Shown in pieces: positions 57,431-60,006 of a DNA stretch of 60,006 nucleotides (within the stretch, counting starts at the first letter, position 1; each line of letters opens with the position of its first letter). Source of the stretch: an uncultured Bacteroidales bacterium. GTDB lineage: Bacteria; Bacteroidota; Bacteroidia; Bacteroidales; UBA4417. The stretch is taken from assembly GCA_903878265.1 (NCBI GenBank), contig CAIRHD010000223.1:1-60006 (forward strand), in the 5' to 3' direction. The position numbers were made by a program, and so were the translations under genes. The notes below the pieces were generated by a model. It was not told where the DNA came from. It ran no database searches and was given only the letters and a program-made list of their open reading frames with translations.

Positions 57431-57789
57431 TTTGGTGATGTAGCTCTTTGAGAAAGTACCGACTTGGGTTTGAAAATACTCCATTTATCCAGAAAATGCA
57501 TAATCGAAAATAAGGGTCGCCTGAAAATCATTCTTGGGCCAGACCAACACATCACTAAACGCATCTGTTCCCTCATTTTGGGCGAATAGCAATGAACGGG
57601 GCATTGTTTGCAAACCGGTTTTGTTTCGCCATACATGCACGAAAGCAGGCGTTTTTCAGAGTAAGCAGAAAGTTGTAGACAATCTGCGCAAAGTATGCCA
57701 ACACTATTATGGTTAGCATGGCAATACATGCGTATCATGTTTTGCACGATAATGGATTCTCTTTTGAGACGTGATTTTAAAAAAAACAT
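57427..57789 (-). CDS. Nitrous-oxide-stimulated promoter (YgbA-like) family Cys-rich protein
   Basis: 120 aa. The Cys pattern is MIRMYCHANH...LCADCLQLSAYSEKRLLSCMYGETKPVCKQCPVHCYSPKMREQMRLVM, as I recall for the YgbA_NO family. Confidence 0.7.
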   Translation of the reverse strand: MFFLKSRLKRESIIVQNMIRMYCHANHNSVGILCADCLQLSAYSEKRLLSCMYGETKPVCKQCPVHCYSPKMREQMRLVMCWSGPRMIFRRPLFSIMHFLDKWSIFKPKSVLSQRATSPK

Positions 57790-57798
57790 TTTAGCTTT

Positions 57799-58128
57799 TT
57801 ATTCCCTTATCATAGTGAGCAGCATAATAAACTTCTCGTTGGCGTTAACTGCATGTGGAATGTTTGCCGGCATGATAATGCTTTGTCCAGCAATTAGTTG
57901 GTTGGAATTTCCTCCAATTACAATTTCGGCACTACCCTGCATCACCTGAACCATAGCATCGAATGGAGCAGTATGCTCGCTAAGTTTTTGTCCGGCATCA
58001 AATGCAAATAATGTGATATTTCCTTTTTCTTTTTGGATTATCCTTTTGCTTACTATTCCATCCGTTTGATAACTGATAGAATCAGCAAATATAAACGGAG
58101 TTCCTGGTTCAATTTTTTCGTTTTCCAC
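57799..58128 (-). CDS. Cupin domain protein
   Basis: 109 aa with two cupin motifs (G..L.EHTAPFDAMVQVMQGSAEIVIGG and AGQSIIMPANIPHAV). Confidence 0.75.
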   Translation of the reverse strand: MENEKIEPGTPFIFADSISYQTDGIVSKRIIQKEKGNITLFAFDAGQKLSEHTAPFDAMVQVMQGSAEIVIGGNSNQLIAGQSIIMPANIPHAVNANEKFIMLLTMIRE

Positions 58129-58134
58129 TTTTTC

Positions 58135-58280
58135 GTTATTGGTGATTGGTTATTGGTTATTGGTTATTGGCGGATATTGAGCGATGGTTGTTAAGCTTTG
58201 GTTGGTGAGTTTTTATCGACCTATTCGCCGAAACAAGTCGGAGTGTTATTGGTGAATGGTTATTGGAGAATGGAATTATT
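58135..58280 (-). repeat. Dispersed repeat family A, third copy (inverted relative to 19.6-19.9 kb)
   Basis: A gttattgg microsatellite head is followed by ggcggatattgagcgatggttgttaagctttggttggtgag...cgccgaaacaagtcggagtgttattgg. The core 58169-58252 is about 85 percent identical to the reverse complement of 19807-19889, by hand alignment. Confidence 0.75.
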
Positions 58281-58328
58281 ACAATGAGTTTATTTGTAAT
58301 AGGTTACTGAATTCAAAACTATAACTTT

Positions 58329-58479
58329 GAGTCCGCTCCGATAACCCTAAAAAAAAAGAATACCACGGAGGAACAGAGAACACAGAGGTACACAGAGTAT
58401 TGTTAATCAATACTATAGACTTTGTGAAACTTAGAGATTTTGTGTCTTAATGGCGAAAAAGACTTTTCGGAGTGGACTC
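58329..58479 (+). repeat. Dispersed repeat family B, second 151-bp MITE-like copy
   Basis: The left end is gagtccgctccgataa (58329-58344) and the right end is ttttcggagtggactc (58464-58479), complementary at 14 of 16 positions. Internal arms are ccacggaggaacagagaacacagag ... ctttgtgaaacttagagattttgtgtc. Length and orientation match the copy at 35012-35162. Confidence 0.65.
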
Positions 58480-58558
58480 AACTTTTTTCCTATTTTCTAT
58501 TTTTTTATTCCATTCTCCTATTTTTCATTCTCTATTTTCTGATTTTCGCCTTTCAAAC

Positions 58559-59491
58559 TCACACCCATTCTTCATTCAAGATGTCTCCTTTTATTCCAAC
58601 AACTATTTTCTTGATTGGGATATTCCGTCCTGATTGTTGAACGGCCATTTTCGCCATTTGAATTAAACCGCCACAACAGGGCACTTCCATGATTGGAACA
58701 GTTAAAGTGTTTATTTTGGCTTCCGAAATCATGGTCGAAAGTTTATCAAGGTACACGTCCTTATTGCTATCGAGTTTTGGGCAGGCAATTGCAATTGATT
58801 TGTTTTTCAATAGCTTATTATGGAAATCACCCATGGCAAACGCCACACAATCAGCAGCTAACACAACATCGGCTCCTTGAAAATAGGAAGCCATAGGGTT
58901 GACAAGATGAAGTTGTACCGGCCATTGCCGCAATTCAGATGGTGCTGGAGAAGCTGGATTGCTGGAAGTTGTAGCAAAGGCAGAGGCTGGATTAATTTTG
59001 TCCATATCAATCCTGAAGTCAATGGTTTTTGAGCTTCCACAGCCACATGCACTTTCGTGTTCGGGTTTAACGTGATTTAAGGCGTCTTTCATTGTTGGGA
59101 AAATTATTGTTGAGTCTTTTATTGGTTTAAGATCGGCTTCGGGACTGAGATCGATATTATGTTTTTTAATGTATGCCACAGCTTCTTTGAGAAATTCATG
59201 CTCATTATGGTCGCGAAGGTGTTCGAGGTGCGCCAATATAGTATTGCGGCCCTGCTTAACAATTGTTTCCATAACAACAGTTTCGTTGTAGGCCTCGGCT
59301 TCGCGTTCAATAATTTCGATGGCGCCTTCGGGACAGTAGCCTAGGCAGGCACCCAAGCCATCACAAAACAAATCGCTGATCAGCCTTGCTTTGTTATCAA
59401 TAATCTGTAATGCACCTTCGTGGCAATTGGGGATGCATAAGCCACATCCATTGCATTTGTCCTCGTCAATCTGAATGATTTTTCTAAGCAT
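58559..59491 (-). CDS. 4Fe-4S dicluster ferredoxin-domain protein with a Cys-rich C-terminal domain (FrdX-like, tentative)
   Basis: 310 aa. The N-terminus reads CNGCGLCIPNC...CDGLGACLGYCP (2x[4Fe-4S]). Further Cys motifs are ACGCGSS, ADCVAF, ACPKLD and VPCCGG. Confidence 0.75.
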   Translation of the reverse strand: MLRKIIQIDEDKCNGCGLCIPNCHEGALQIIDNKARLISDLFCDGLGACLGYCPEGAIEIIEREAEAYNETVVMETIVKQGRNTILAHLEHLRDHNEHEFLKEAVAYIKKHNIDLSPEADLKPIKDSTIIFPTMKDALNHVKPEHESACGCGSSKTIDFRIDMDKINPASAFATTSSNPASPAPSELRQWPVQLHLVNPMASYFQGADVVLAADCVAFAMGDFHNKLLKNKSIAIACPKLDSNKDVYLDKLSTMISEAKINTLTVPIMEVPCCGGLIQMAKMAVQQSGRNIPIKKIVVGIKGDILNEEWV

Positions 59492-60006
59492 AAATAGTGA
59501 ATTTGTTCTTAAGTCTTATATTGTTTTGTTTTTCATGTGTTTAACAAAAATGGCTGGGCAACTTAATTACTCTTCTAAATGCATTTCAATCATTGCAATT
59601 TTACTGAAAATATGGCAGAAATATACTTTGCTATACTACTTTCATTTAGTTGGTAATGTCGATTAATTTGATTGAAAGCTTTTTTTCGTTAACAGTTGTC
59701 CTATTTATCCTGTTTAAAGTTATCAGTAATCAATCATAAGCATGCATTGTCGTTCTAAATAAGAATTGAAGTATTTGAATGCGCAAATATACATAATAAC
59801 TGATTGCAACCTCAAAATTTTGAAAAATATTAGGATCCCATTTCCAGGAATTGATTCCTCTTTTAAACCTAAATTGGAATTAATAGTTAATAACCATGTT
59901 GATAAATAATGGCAATAATATTTGTATTTATTAGGTTTTGAATTACTTTTGCATGGTATTAACATAATAACCATGTCGTTCATAGTCAGGCAAAACATCA
60001 AGGGGA

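Noticed and set aside
59492-59735. An FNR/HcpR-type box upstream of the 4Fe-4S protein gene (for example ttatcagtaatcaa near 59718)
   Set aside because: It matches TTGAT-N4-ATCAA at only about 7 of 10 positions, which is expected by chance in AT-rich DNA. I also could not recall the exact HcpR consensus well enough to score it.
59723-60001. The 92-aa minus-strand ORF at the right edge
   Set aside because: It lies in an AT-rich region and its product is low-complexity and hydrophobic or odd, with no motif. The region is probably the non-coding promoter region of the 4Fe-4S protein gene.

Overview
This 60-kb chromosomal window comes from a Bacteroidota genome. The evidence is two SusC/SusD pairs, three proteins ending in T9SS C-terminal sorting domains, a FeoA-FeoB fusion and AT-rich upstream regions. 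I found no rRNA, tRNA, CRISPR array, transposase or integrase.

Layout, left to right:
- 1-17.0 kb, minus strand: a polysaccharide utilisation locus. It holds a partial Calx-beta lipoprotein, GH30, a GH5 with two CBM6-like modules and a T9SS tail, two tandem SusD/SusC pairs, and a duplicated PKD-domain lipoprotein.
- 17.2-22.8 kb, minus strand: thrA-thrB-thrC. Two tandem Thr-codon-rich leader peptide/terminator modules precede it, and a repeat-filled 365-bp spacer separates thrA from thrB.
- 23.6-30.5 kb, minus strand: an eight-gene electron-transfer operon. It encodes a lipoprotein cytochrome c, an outer-membrane-type beta-barrel, a monohaem cytochrome c, a membrane-anchored heptahaem cytochrome c, a b-type cytochrome, a Tat-exported NrfC-like FeS protein, an NrfD-like membrane subunit and an anchored beta-sandwich protein. 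No molybdopterin or other catalytic subunit is present. It is divergently paired with a Cys-rich Crp/Fnr regulator, and an FNR-like box lies in the shared spacer. I rate this the most interesting candidate system in the window.
- 31.5-52.6 kb: MFS transporter, HI0933-type flavoprotein, DUF1080 protein, two T9SS cargo proteins, HMA protein, Fe-SOD, M23 peptidase, a His/Tyr- and Pro/Thr-repeat secreted protein, uvrA, a sigma-70/ECF-type factor, nth, bcp, recA and a TPR lipoprotein.
- 52.9-56.3 kb: feoAB, an M50B-like protein and an unannotated 59-aa Cys-rich FeoB-associated ORF.
- 56.5-59.5 kb: a cluster that looks related to NO stress. It holds a YgbA-like protein, one intact and one frameshifted cupin, and a 4Fe-4S protein.

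Non-genic structure:
- two dispersed repeat families, one of them a 151-bp MITE-like element with terminal inverted repeats;
- a 22-bp x15 tandem array lying between two convergent terminators;
- a 16-bp x9 array;
- a 22-nt motif shared by two PUL upstream regions.

All calls rest on my own reading of the translations and sequence. No database search was run.
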